The notes under the pieces are model-generated. The model did not search any database and was not told the DNA's origin. It was given only the letters and a program-made list of their open reading frames with translations. A stretch of DNA of 64,000 bases. Origin: an uncultured Gemmatimonadales bacterium. Its GTDB lineage: Bacteria; Gemmatimonadota; Gemmatimonadetes; Longimicrobiales; Longimicrobiaceae. The DNA lies in NCBI GenBank assembly GCA_963716255.1, contig OY970303.1, positions 640,001-704,000 on the forward strand, in the 5' to 3' direction. The stretch's first letter is position 1. Each line of letters starts with the position of its first letter. Positions 38,127 to 47,120 of the stretch are shown here, piece by piece. Both the position numbers and the translations under genes were made by a program.

Positions 38127-39290
38127 TCACGGGCTCCCGGCCTGAAGGTAGACGCGCGGGAGGCGCCGCGTGAGCCCGGTGAGGATCTCGTACGAGATGG
38201 TCCCGCACCGCTCCGCGACCTCGTCCACCCGGATCTCCTCGGCGCCGTCCCGCCCGATGAAGGTCGCCACGTCGCCGGCACGCACGCCGGAGACGCAGGT
38301 CAGGTTTAACACCGTCACGTCCATTGAGATCCGTCCGACGATCGGGACGCGCGCTCCGCGCACGATCGCCTCGCCCCCGGAAGCGCCCAGCACGCGCCGC
38401 AGCCCGTCGCCGTAGCCGATGGCCACCGTCCCCCACACCTCGCGCCCGGAGGCCGTGTGGGTGGCGCCGTAGCCCAGGCTCGTCCCCGCCGGCACCTCGC
38501 GCACCAGGGCGAGCCGCGCGCGCACGGAGGCCACGGGCTCGGGATGCACGTCGGCGCCGGCCATCCCCCCGTACAGGAAGATGCCCGGCCGGACCAAGTC
38601 GCACCCGTAGCCGGCGCGGCGCAGGGCGGCGGCGCTGTTGGAGGAGTGGACCACGCGGGCGGGATCCCCCTCCGCGGGCGCCGGGAGGAGGGACAGCGCG
38701 TGGCGGAAACGCTCCCACTGCCCGTCGGTCGCGGCGAGGTCGGGCTCGTCGGCCGAGTGGAAGTGGGTGAAGCACCCTTCCCAGAGGAGCCGGCCCGCAG
38801 CGATCCGCGCGGCCTCGGCGCCCCACTCCGCGGCCTCCGCCCACGGGAGCCCGGCGCGCCCCATCCCCGTGTCCACCTCCAAGTGGAAGGGGAGCCGGCG
38901 TCCTCGTTCCTCCGCCAGATCCGCCCAGCGCCGCAGCGCCTCCAGCTCCGAGACGGAGGGGGTCAGCCCGGCTCGCGCGGCGCGGGCGAGCTCGTCCGGC
39001 GGGACGGGAGCGGCGAGCAGCACGCGCCCCGTCCATCCCACGTCGCGCAGCGCCTCGCCCTCCACGACGGCCGCCACCCCGAATGCCCACGGCCCGTCCG
39101 GGGCCAGCTCTCGCCGCAGCGCGTCGGCCACCGCGCGGATCCCCAGCCCGTAGGCGTCGGCCTTGACCATGGGGACCACCGCGGCCCCGGGGCCGACGGC
39201 ACTCTGCACGCGGCGCAGGTTGCGGCGGAGGGCGTCCAGGTCGACGTCGACCCACGCACGGGAACGGAGAGGCGTTGACGGACTGGACAC
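38127..39290 (-). CDS. alr: alanine racemase
   Basis: VKADAYGLG, VDTGMGRAG, VRPGIFLYG, GYGDG, GRISMD and TISYE motifs. Confidence 0.96.
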   Translation of the reverse strand: MSSPSTPLRSRAWVDVDLDALRRNLRRVQSAVGPGAAVVPMVKADAYGLGIRAVADALRRELAPDGPWAFGVAAVVEGEALRDVGWTGRVLLAAPVPPDELARAARAGLTPSVSELEALRRWADLAEERGRRLPFHLEVDTGMGRAGLPWAEAAEWGAEAARIAAGRLLWEGCFTHFHSADEPDLAATDGQWERFRHALSLLPAPAEGDPARVVHSSNSAAALRRAGYGCDLVRPGIFLYGGMAGADVHPEPVASVRARLALVREVPAGTSLGYGATHTASGREVWGTVAIGYGDGLRRVLGASGGEAIVRGARVPIVGRISMDVTVLNLTCVSGVRAGDVATFIGRDGAEEIRVDEVAERCGTISYEILTGLTRRLPRVYLQAGSP

Positions 39291-39304
39291 AAGCCGAGTA
39301 GTAT
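39275..39304 (+). promoter_or_regulatory. putative sigma70 promoter for mazG
   Basis: TTGACG-N18-TAGTAT ending 10 bp before the GTG start, implying a very short leader. Confidence 0.5.
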
Positions 39305-39313
39305 AGGCCGACC

Positions 39314-40114
39314 GTGGAGACCACGCAAGCAGAAAACCAGCCCTCTCGCCCCGTTTCCGGGGGCGTCCTCGACCGTGCCCTCGGGCTGGTCGAGTTCCTG
39401 CGCGCCCGCTGCCCCTGGGACGCGGCGCAGACCCCGGCGTCGCTCCAGCCGCTGCTGCTGGAGGAGGCGCACGAGGTGGCGGACGCCATCGCCGCGGGCG
39501 ACGAGCCCGGCCTTCGCGACGAGCTGGGCGACCTGCTCCTCAACCTGGCCTTCCAGGTGGTCCTCGCCGAGGAGCGCGGCGCCTTCGGACGGGAGGCGGT
39601 GGCCGCCGGCCTGGAGCAAAAGATGCGCCGCCGGCACCCCCACCTCTTCGGGCTGGGCGAGGCGGAGCCGTGGGCAGAGATCAAGGCGCGGGAGCGGGCT
39701 GCGCGCGGCGGGGGAGAGGGGCTGCTGGACGGGCTCGCCTCGGGGATGGACCCGCTGCTGCGCGCGTACCGGATCCAGGAGCGGGTGGCGGAGGTGGGGT
39801 TCGACTGGCCGGACCCGGGCGGCGCCTTCGACAAGGTGCGCGAGGAGGTGGAGGAGGTGCGCCACGAGCTGGCCGGCGGCGACGCCGACCGGCTGGAGGA
39901 CGAGCTGGGCGACCTGCTCTTCGCCGCGGTCAACCTGGCCCGGCTGGCGAGGGTGCACCCCACGACCGCGCTGGCGCGCGCCAACGCAAAGTTTTCCGGG
40001 CGCTTCGGCGCGCTCGAGCGCCTGGCGCGGGAGCGCGGGGTGGTGCTGGGAAGCGCGTCGCTGCAGGAGCTGGACGTGCTGTGGGACGAGGTCAAGCGCG
40101 CGGAGAGGGGATGA
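39314..40114 (+). CDS. mazG: nucleoside triphosphate pyrophosphohydrolase MazG
   Basis: CPWDAAQT, EEAHEV, ELGDLL twice, RRHPH and GFDW motifs. Confidence 0.93.
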   Translation: METTQAENQPSRPVSGGVLDRALGLVEFLRARCPWDAAQTPASLQPLLLEEAHEVADAIAAGDEPGLRDELGDLLLNLAFQVVLAEERGAFGREAVAAGLEQKMRRRHPHLFGLGEAEPWAEIKARERAARGGGEGLLDGLASGMDPLLRAYRIQERVAEVGFDWPDPGGAFDKVREEVEEVRHELAGGDADRLEDELGDLLFAAVNLARLARVHPTTALARANAKFSGRFGALERLARERGVVLGSASLQELDVLWDEVKRAERG

Positions 40115-40238
40115 CACGATCCTTGCGGTTCCAGCCCGGCCGGTCCCGCGCTCCCGGGTCTTCCCCGCGAGAGCGGACTTCACCCTCCGACGCCGTACGG
40201 ATGACCCGTTCCCATAGATCAGCGGAGAGGCGGACCGG

Positions 40239-41714
40239 ATGAGCCTGCGCAAGCGGATCGTCCTCAGCCTGGCGCTCATCTCCTGCATCCTGGTGGCGCC
40301 CGCCGCCTACGGCGTGCTGTCGCTGAGGGCGCTGCAGGACGTGGCGCGCACCCTCCGCTTCCGCGCCGCGGAGGCCTCGCTGACGCTGGGGCAGCTGCAG
40401 CGGGCACTTTCCGAGGTGGAGTACGCCGAGCGGGTGTACCTGGCGTTCCCGTCGGGGGAGCAGGCAGCGGTTGCGCGGCAGGGGGTGGAAACGAGCCTGG
40501 CCCGCGTGGACACGGCGCTCACCAACCTGCGCAGCGCCGGCTTCGCCGCGCAGGTCCGGCCCACCGGGCATCGCTGGGTGGAGCTGAAGGCGGCCATCCA
40601 GCAGGCGAACGCGCTCGCCGGCTCCGGGCAGGTGGAGCTGGCGGACACCTTCCGGGTCCGGGAGCTGGAGCCCCGCTTCGCCGCGGTGATCGGGACGCTG
40701 CCGCCCATCGGCCAGGCGATCGACAGCGCGAGCCAGGCGCAGGTGGCCCGCGCGGAGGAGATCGCCACGCGCGCGGTCACCACCACCGGGCTGGCGCTGG
40801 CGGCGGCGCTGGCGCTGACGGTGCTGATCGGCGGGTGGCTGACGCGCACGCTGCTGCGGCCCATCCACGAGCTGCGCCGGGGGATGGCGGTGGTGGCGGA
40901 GGGCGACTTCACGCCGGACGTGCGGGTGAACTCGCGCCGCGAGGACGAGCTGGGCGACCTGGCGCGCTCCTTCGACTCCATGACGCGGCAGCTGTCGGAG
41001 CTGGACCGGCTCAAGGCCGAGTTCGTGTCCGTGGCCTCGCACGAGATCAAGACCCCGCTCAGCGTCATCCGCGGCTACACCGCGCTGCTTCTGGACGGGA
41101 TCTACGGCCAGGTGTCGGACCCCCAGAAGAAGACGCTGGCCTCCATCTCCGACCAGACGGACCGGCTCACCCGCCTGGTGCAGCGCCTGCTGGACATCAG
41201 CCGGTTCGAGGCGGGGGGCGGGAGGCTGGAGCTGCGGGAGATCCCGCTCCGCTTCTTCCTCAACGACCTGGCGCACGGCTTCGACGCGCTGGCGATCCAG
41301 AACCGCATCGACTTCGCGATGGAGATCGCCGCGGACCTCCCCGAGAGCATGACCGGCGACCCGGACCGGCTCAACGAGGTGCTGGGCAACCTGCTCTCCA
41401 ACGCCTTCAAGTTCACTCCCCAGGGCGGGCAGATCCGACTGGTGGCGATGCCCGCGCCGGACGGCCTGGTGATCGAGGTGCGGGACACGGGAATCGGCAT
41501 CGCGGCGGACAAGCTCCCCAAGATCTTCGAGAAGTTCTTCCAGGTGGAGAACGAAGCGCAGCCGCGGTCGGTGGGGTCGGGGCTGGGGCTGGCGATCGCG
41601 CAGGAGATCGTGGATGCCCACGGAGGCACGATCACTGCAGAGAGCCAGGTGGGCCGGGGGACGACCTTCCGCGTCATCCTCCCGCTGCGGCCGCCGGTGG
41701 CGAGCGCGGCCTGA
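40239..41714 (+). CDS. membrane sensor histidine kinase (2 TM, HAMP, HisKA, HATPase)
   Basis: DELGDLARSF, ASHEIKTPL, NLLSNAFKFT and GSGLGL motifs. Confidence 0.93.
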   Translation: MSLRKRIVLSLALISCILVAPAAYGVLSLRALQDVARTLRFRAAEASLTLGQLQRALSEVEYAERVYLAFPSGEQAAVARQGVETSLARVDTALTNLRSAGFAAQVRPTGHRWVELKAAIQQANALAGSGQVELADTFRVRELEPRFAAVIGTLPPIGQAIDSASQAQVARAEEIATRAVTTTGLALAAALALTVLIGGWLTRTLLRPIHELRRGMAVVAEGDFTPDVRVNSRREDELGDLARSFDSMTRQLSELDRLKAEFVSVASHEIKTPLSVIRGYTALLLDGIYGQVSDPQKKTLASISDQTDRLTRLVQRLLDISRFEAGGGRLELREIPLRFFLNDLAHGFDALAIQNRIDFAMEIAADLPESMTGDPDRLNEVLGNLLSNAFKFTPQGGQIRLVAMPAPDGLVIEVRDTGIGIAADKLPKIFEKFFQVENEAQPRSVGSGLGLAIAQEIVDAHGGTITAESQVGRGTTFRVILPLRPPVASAA

Positions 41715-41739
41715 CCCGAATCCCAAAGACCGACCGTTG

Positions 41740-42351
41740 ATGAAGCCGACCCGAGGGCTCGTTTTCCTGCTCGCCCTGTTCCTCGCGGCGTGCGCCACGC
41801 TCGCGCCGGGCTCCGGCGGCCGCGAGGGGAAGCGCCTGTGGACCGAGGCGCACCTCGCGCTGCGCGCCGAGAACTTCCGCGCTGCGGACTCGCTCTTCAC
41901 CCGCCTGGCCACGGCCCACCCGCGCACCGAGGAGGGCCACGAGGCGCTCTTCTTCCTGGGCGAGATGCGCATGGATCCGCGCAACCCCGGGTGGAACTCG
42001 CGCCTTGCGGCGGACTACCTGCGCCGCTACCTGGCGCCGGGCGACTCGTCGCCGCGCGCCGAGATCCACCGCCAGCCGGAGGCGAACACCTTCCTGGAGC
42101 TGGCCAACCAGCTCAACCTCCCCGCCGGCCAGCGCATCGGCGCGCTCCAGCCGGGAACCCCGGTCGAGGTGCGCCCGCCGGCGGCCGCGCCGGTCCCCCA
42201 GCGCGTGGTCCCCAGCGAGGAAGCGGCCGCACTGCGGGTGGAGATCGAGCGGCTCCGCGCGCAGGTGGCCGAGCGCGACGAGACGATCCAGCGGCAGCGC
42301 GACGAGCTGAACCGCATCCGCAACACCCTGGCCCCGGGGCGACGGCCGTAG
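41740..42351 (+). CDS. lipoprotein with TPR-like helices and C-terminal coiled coil
   Basis: MKPTRGLVFLLALFLAAC lipobox; EIERLRAQVAERDETIQRQRDELNRI coiled coil. Confidence 0.78.
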   Translation: MKPTRGLVFLLALFLAACATLAPGSGGREGKRLWTEAHLALRAENFRAADSLFTRLATAHPRTEEGHEALFFLGEMRMDPRNPGWNSRLAADYLRRYLAPGDSSPRAEIHRQPEANTFLELANQLNLPAGQRIGALQPGTPVEVRPPAAAPVPQRVVPSEEAAALRVEIERLRAQVAERDETIQRQRDELNRIRNTLAPGRRP

Positions 42352-42387
42352 GGAACGGCGAGGGAAGAGGGAACAGCCTGCAACGAC

Positions 42388-42429
42388 AACGGCGCCCCCA
42401 CGGGAAGATCCCGGTGGGGGCGCCGTTTT
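42388..42429. terminator. hairpin (family D), probable terminator
   Basis: AACGGCGCCCCCAC...GTGGGGGCGCCGTTTT. Confidence 0.6.
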
Positions 42430-42595
42430 GCCGTTCGCAGTGTCGTCGTACCCATATGCTTCTGTACGGGGGGAGACTCGCCGGCTGTTTGGCGAGGCTC
42501 ACCCCGGCGAGGTGAGACAGCCGGGCAGTTTCGGCTGGCTCGCCGAGCCCGCGGAGGAGACCGGTGGCTGTATCGCCGGGCTCCGGAGCGGCCCG
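42430..42595 (+). repeat. Family B triple-hairpin repeat
   Basis: Homologous to 27802-27970; middle hairpin GAGACAGCCGGGCAGTTTCGGCTGGCTC is identical. Confidence 0.85.
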
Positions 42596-42614
42596 CCTCC
42601 ACGCAAAGAAACCC

Positions 42615-44693
42615 TCAGCCCACGTGGAAAAGACGTGCTCGCTCCCCGTAGCGGGTCTCCAGCGCCTCCCGCAGCCGTGGATGCTTTTCCAGCTCCGGGT
42701 CCGCGTCCACGATGGCACGCGCCTCGCCGCGGGCACGGGTGAGCAGCGCCTCGTCCTTTTCCAGGTCGGCGAAGCGGAAGCTGGGGAGCCCCGACTGGCG
42801 GGCCCCGAACAGGTCGCCCTGGCCGCGGAGCCGCATGTCCGCCTCGGCGATGGCGAAGCCGTCCTCGGTGGAGGCGAAGATCCTCAGCCGCTCGGCCGCC
42901 TCGGCGCCGCCCGCCAGCAGGATGCAGAAGCTTTCCGCCACGCCGCGCCCCACCCGGCCGCGAAGCTGGTGGAGCTGCGACAGGCCGAAGCGCTCGGCGT
43001 GCTCGATCACCATCACCGACGCGTTGGGGACGTCGATCCCCACCTCGATCACGGTGGTGGCCACCAGCACGTCGATCTCGCCGGCGGCGAAGGCGCGCAT
43101 GGCGGCATCCTTTTCCTCGCTCGGCATCTGCCCGTGAAGCAGCCCCACGCGCAGGTCGGGGTAGACCTGGGCGCGAAGCAGCTCCCACTCCTCCGTGGCG
43201 GCCTTGAGGTCGGTCTTCTCGGACTCCTCCACCAGCGGGTAGACGACGTACGCCTGCCGCCCCGCCTCCACCTGCTCGCGGACGAACCCCAGCACCCGGG
43301 TGCGCGCGGACTCCGGCCGCAGCGCGGTGCGCACCGGCTGGCGCCCCGGCGGGCGCTCGTCCAGGATGGACACGTCCAGGTCGCCGTACAGCGTCAGCGC
43401 CAGCGAGCGCGGGATGGGCGTGGCGGACATCACCAGCACGTCGGGATTACTCCCCAGCTCGGAGAGCGCCATGCGCTGCTTCACCCCGAAGCGGTGCTGC
43501 TCGTCCACCACCACCAGCCCCAGCCGCGCGAACTGCACCCCCTCCTGGATCAGCGCGTGGGTCCCCACCGCGATCCCCGCCTCCCCCGAGGCGATGCGGT
43601 ACGCGACCTCGCGGTACTGCTTCGCCCCCAGCCGCCCGGTGAGCAGCGTCACCCCCACCGGCAGGTCGCCCAGCAGCTTCGTCAGCGTGCGCGCGTGCTG
43701 CTCGGCCAGGATCTCGGTGGGGGCCATGAGCGCCGCCTGGTAGCCGTTCTCCACCGCGCGCAGCATGGCGAACAGAGCGACCACCGTCTTGCCGGAGCCC
43801 ACGTCGCCCTGGAGCAGGCGGTTCATCCGCCGCGTCTGGCCCATGTCCTCGCCGATCTCCTTGAGCACCCGCACCTGCGCGCCGGTGAGCGCGAAGGGGA
43901 GCCGCCCGTAGAACGGGCGCACCAGCGTGTCCCGCCGCTCGAAGGCGATCCCCGGCCGCTCCACGGTGGCGCGGTGGCGCGACTGGGCGTGCAGGATCTG
44001 GAGGAAGAGAAGCTCCTCGTACGCGAGCCGGCGCCGCCCCTGCTCGGCCTCGGCGAGGGAGGCGGGACGGTGCAGCAGGTCCAGCGCGCGGGGGAGCGGC
44101 GGCAGGTCGTGCCGGGCCAGCATCTCCGCGTCCAGCATCTCCTCGTCCGCGGCGGAGCGAAGCAGCCCGTCCAGGTTCTCGGCGACCAGCGCGCGGATCT
44201 GGCGGTGCGAGAGGCCTTCGGTGGTGGGGTAGATGGGGAAGATGGCGCCCGACTCCTCGTCGGCCTCCTCGCCCTCCTTCGCCAGCTGCGTGAACTCCTT
44301 GGGCTGCAGCTGCCGGCCGTGGAAGAAGCGCACGGTGCCGGAGACCAGGAGCAGGTCGCCCTTCTGGATCACCCGGTCCAGGAAGGGCTGCCCCGGCCAG
44401 GAGCACTCGATGAGGCCGGACGAGTCGCGGATCACCGCCTGGAAGATGCGCAGCCCCTTGCGCGTGGGGATCACGCCCTTGGACACCACCCGCCCGATGA
44501 CGTTTGCCTCCATCCCCGCCTCCAGCACGCCGATGCGCTGGATGGTGGACGCGTCCTCGTAGCGGCGCGGGACGTGGAAGAGCACGTCGCGCGCGGTGAG
44601 GAGCCCCATCTTCTGCAGGAGCCCCGCGCGGCGCGGGCCGACGCCCTTGAGGAACTGGACGGGACGGTCGAGGTCGGAGTAGGCCGTGGTCAT
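42615..44693 (-). CDS. recG: ATP-dependent DNA helicase RecG
   Basis: LKGVGP, QGDVGSGKT, DEQHRFGV, MSATPIPR and QLHQLRGRVGRG motifs. Confidence 0.97.
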   Translation of the reverse strand: MTTAYSDLDRPVQFLKGVGPRRAGLLQKMGLLTARDVLFHVPRRYEDASTIQRIGVLEAGMEANVIGRVVSKGVIPTRKGLRIFQAVIRDSSGLIECSWPGQPFLDRVIQKGDLLLVSGTVRFFHGRQLQPKEFTQLAKEGEEADEESGAIFPIYPTTEGLSHRQIRALVAENLDGLLRSAADEEMLDAEMLARHDLPPLPRALDLLHRPASLAEAEQGRRRLAYEELLFLQILHAQSRHRATVERPGIAFERRDTLVRPFYGRLPFALTGAQVRVLKEIGEDMGQTRRMNRLLQGDVGSGKTVVALFAMLRAVENGYQAALMAPTEILAEQHARTLTKLLGDLPVGVTLLTGRLGAKQYREVAYRIASGEAGIAVGTHALIQEGVQFARLGLVVVDEQHRFGVKQRMALSELGSNPDVLVMSATPIPRSLALTLYGDLDVSILDERPPGRQPVRTALRPESARTRVLGFVREQVEAGRQAYVVYPLVEESEKTDLKAATEEWELLRAQVYPDLRVGLLHGQMPSEEKDAAMRAFAAGEIDVLVATTVIEVGIDVPNASVMVIEHAERFGLSQLHQLRGRVGRGVAESFCILLAGGAEAAERLRIFASTEDGFAIAEADMRLRGQGDLFGARQSGLPSFRFADLEKDEALLTRARGEARAIVDADPELEKHPRLREALETRYGERARLFHVG

Positions 44694-44815
44694 GCGCCGG
44701 GACGGCGGCGCACGGCGGCGATGCGGTCCGAAGAGGAGGATGTAGGTTTCGGCATCATGCCGCGTAGATTCCGCAGGTGCGTCGTACTTCCACGTCCAGA
44801 ACCGGAACGAGGCAG

Positions 44816-45427
44816 ATGATCCGTCCCGTCCATCTTGCGAGCTTCGCGCTCCTTGCCGCGTGCGGCGGCACCGCTCCGGCCGCCGATTCCGTCCGCTCCA
44901 CCGGCGCCGCATCCCCGGCGGCCATCTTGGAAGACACCCTGATCCGTCCGGCCGCGGTCCCCGGCCACTTCCGGCTGCTGGACAGCCTATCGGCCGACGT
45001 GGACGGCGACGGCGCCCGCGAGCGCGTGGAGCTCGCCGCCGTGGTCGGGGTGGACGACCAGGGCCGTTTCCAGTGGGACGACGGCCAGGAGTGGCTGGTC
45101 GCCGTGCGCGACGGCGCCGACACGTATCCGCTGCTGCGCGAGCACCTTCACTGGGGCTCGGCAGCCTTCTGGATCGTCGACGGCGATTCCGCCGCTCCCC
45201 CCGCGATCCTGGTGCTGACGGAAATGATGCAGTACCCCCACGCCGGCACGCGCATGCAGAAGTACGTCTTCGACCGCTCGCGCGGCGGGTACGTGCGGAT
45301 CGGCTCCGTCGACGCACATGGCGATCTCACCCGGTACCGCGGCCCGCCGCCCGAATCCGGCCTATCTCCCTCGTTCCGTCCGTATTCCGGCCATCCACCT
45401 AAACCCTACAATCCGCCCGACCCCTGA
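44816..45427 (+). CDS. hypothetical lipoprotein
   Basis: MIRPVHLASFALLAAC lipobox; DVDGDG Ca-binding-like motif; WDDGQEW. Confidence 0.7.
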   Translation: MIRPVHLASFALLAACGGTAPAADSVRSTGAASPAAILEDTLIRPAAVPGHFRLLDSLSADVDGDGARERVELAAVVGVDDQGRFQWDDGQEWLVAVRDGADTYPLLREHLHWGSAAFWIVDGDSAAPPAILVLTEMMQYPHAGTRMQKYVFDRSRGGYVRIGSVDAHGDLTRYRGPPPESGLSPSFRPYSGHPPKPYNPPDP

Positions 45428-45497
45428 TCCGTCGGGCAGGTCGCGAGGCCAGGACGGCGTGGGAACTGTCTGCCACGCGCCTTGATGCGGAGGTCCC

Positions 45498-45788
45498 TCA
45501 CAGAGGACGCGCATCGCGGAGCACGTACTGGCGAAGCTCCGGCCGGAGCGCGACCTCCTCGACCACGTCCACCCGGCGACCGAGCAGCTCCTCCAGATCA
45601 TTGACGAGGCCGCCGGGGAACCAGGGGCTGACCTTGTCGCCCGCGTCGATCAGCAGGTCCACGTCGCTGTCGGGGCCGGCCTCGCCGCGCACGACGGAGC
45701 CGAACACGCGCACGTTGTACGCGCCGTGCCGCTCGGCGATGCGCAGGATCTCGGCCCGCTTCTGTCGGACAACGTATTCGATGCTCAT
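45498..45788 (-). CDS. minimal nucleotidyltransferase (MNT/MntA-like antitoxin)
   Basis: VRVFGSVVRGEAGPDSDVDLL and LEELLGRRVDVV motifs. Confidence 0.9.
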   Translation of the reverse strand: MSIEYVVRQKRAEILRIAERHGAYNVRVFGSVVRGEAGPDSDVDLLIDAGDKVSPWFPGGLVNDLEELLGRRVDVVEEVALRPELRQYVLRDARPL

Positions 45789-45849
45789 GCAAGCCTCGCT
45801 CGTGTGCGCCGATCCCTCCGAACACCTCCCGAAATGTAATCCGTTCCCG

Positions 45850-46779
45850 CTACGCCGTCAGCACTTCCTCGGCGAAGGTCGCGATCTCGAACGGCTCCAG
45901 GTCGCCGATGGCCTCGCCCACGCCGATGAACTTGACCGGGAGGTCGAACTCCTCCTTGAGCGCGACCACGATCCCGCCCTTGGCCGTGCTGTCCATCTTG
46001 GTGAGGATGATGCCGGAAAGCGGCACCTCCTGCTGGAAGGCGCGCACCTGCGCCATGGCGTTCTGGCCCACGGTGGAATCCAGCACGATCAGCGTCTCGT
46101 GCGGCGCGCCGGGGAGCTTCTTGGACACCACGCGCTGCACCTTTTCCAGCTCCTTCATCAGCCCGGACTGCGTGTGCAGGCGCCCCGCAGTGTCGATGAT
46201 GAGCACGTCCGCCCCGCGCTGCTCCGCCGCTTCCAGCGCGTCGAAGGCCACGGCGGCGGGGTCGCGCCCCGGCTCGCTCCCCACGAAGTCGCACCCCACG
46301 CGCTCCGACCAGCGGCGCAGCTGCTCGATGGCCCCCGCGCGGAAGGTGTCGCCCGCGGCGATCATCACCTTGCGCCCGGACCGCGTGAGGCGGTGGGCCA
46401 GCTTTCCGATGCTGGTGGTCTTCCCCACCCCGTTCACGCCCACCACCAGCAGCACCGTGGGGCCGCCCTCGAAGTTGAAGCGGAGCGCCGTGTCCGACTT
46501 CCCCCTGGAAAGGATCTCCACGATCTCCTCCTGCACCGCCTGCTGGAAGTCGCGCTGGGTGCGGACCATGCCGCGCTCCGCCAGCGTTTCCACGGCGCCC
46601 ACCATCCTGAGCGTCGCGGGAACGCCGAAGTCGGCGCCGATCAGCACCTCCTCCAGCCGCTCGAGCGAGCCCTCGTCCATTCCCTGCACCAGCACCGTGA
46701 CGTCGGTGAGTGCAAAGTCGACGATCTTGTCCCACAGGGACTTGCGCCCCTCCTCCTTCTTCCTGAAAAGACGAGCCAT
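45850..46779 (-). CDS. ftsY: signal recognition particle receptor FtsY
   Basis: GVNGVGKTT, DTFRAGA, DTAGRL and TKMDSTAKGG motifs. Confidence 0.96.
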   Translation of the reverse strand: MARLFRKKEEGRKSLWDKIVDFALTDVTVLVQGMDEGSLERLEEVLIGADFGVPATLRMVGAVETLAERGMVRTQRDFQQAVQEEIVEILSRGKSDTALRFNFEGGPTVLLVVGVNGVGKTTSIGKLAHRLTRSGRKVMIAAGDTFRAGAIEQLRRWSERVGCDFVGSEPGRDPAAVAFDALEAAEQRGADVLIIDTAGRLHTQSGLMKELEKVQRVVSKKLPGAPHETLIVLDSTVGQNAMAQVRAFQQEVPLSGIILTKMDSTAKGGIVVALKEEFDLPVKFIGVGEAIGDLEPFEIATFAEEVLTA

Positions 46780-46871
46780 GGTCTCGGTTCTGTCGTAATT
46801 CGTGATCCGCGCCGGCTCCTGTACCCCGTACCTGTGGGCGAGTGCGCGGGTGCGGAATGAGAAGCCCGCGA

Positions 46872-47022
46872 TTCGGGCGTGCCCCCGGCTGCGCCGGGGT
46901 CGGGCTGCGGCTCCGTAGCAAACGATACTACCGTTTGCAACGGAGGCGAGCCCCGCCAAACTGCCGGCAGGTCTCGCCGCTTCGCGCTCGCATCCCTCAC
47001 GCGGGCATCGCGCTGGCGTCCG
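46872..47022 (-). repeat. Family A multi-hairpin repeat (A2)
   Basis: Reverse complement aligns with family A. Confidence 0.9.
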
Positions 47023-47041
47023 CAGCGAACAACTGCAAGCG

Positions 47042-47080
47042 AAAACCGCACCGCGAGCCTCGGCTCGCGGTGCGGTAAAA
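47042..47080. terminator. strong hairpin, probable terminator after hisA
   Basis: AAAACCGCACCGCGAGCC-TC-GGCTCGCGGTGCGGT-AAAA. Confidence 0.65.
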
Positions 47081-47120
47081 GAAGCCGCCGCGCCGTCCGG
47101 GGCAACCCGCCCCGCCGGCG

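Noticed and set aside
36709..40095. 1128-aa ORF and other N-terminally extended calls (60452-63808, 35489-38281, 21508-23703, 42615-45317)
   Set aside because: The extensions overlap neighbouring genes in other frames; internal starts with lipobox or stop-start coupling fit better.
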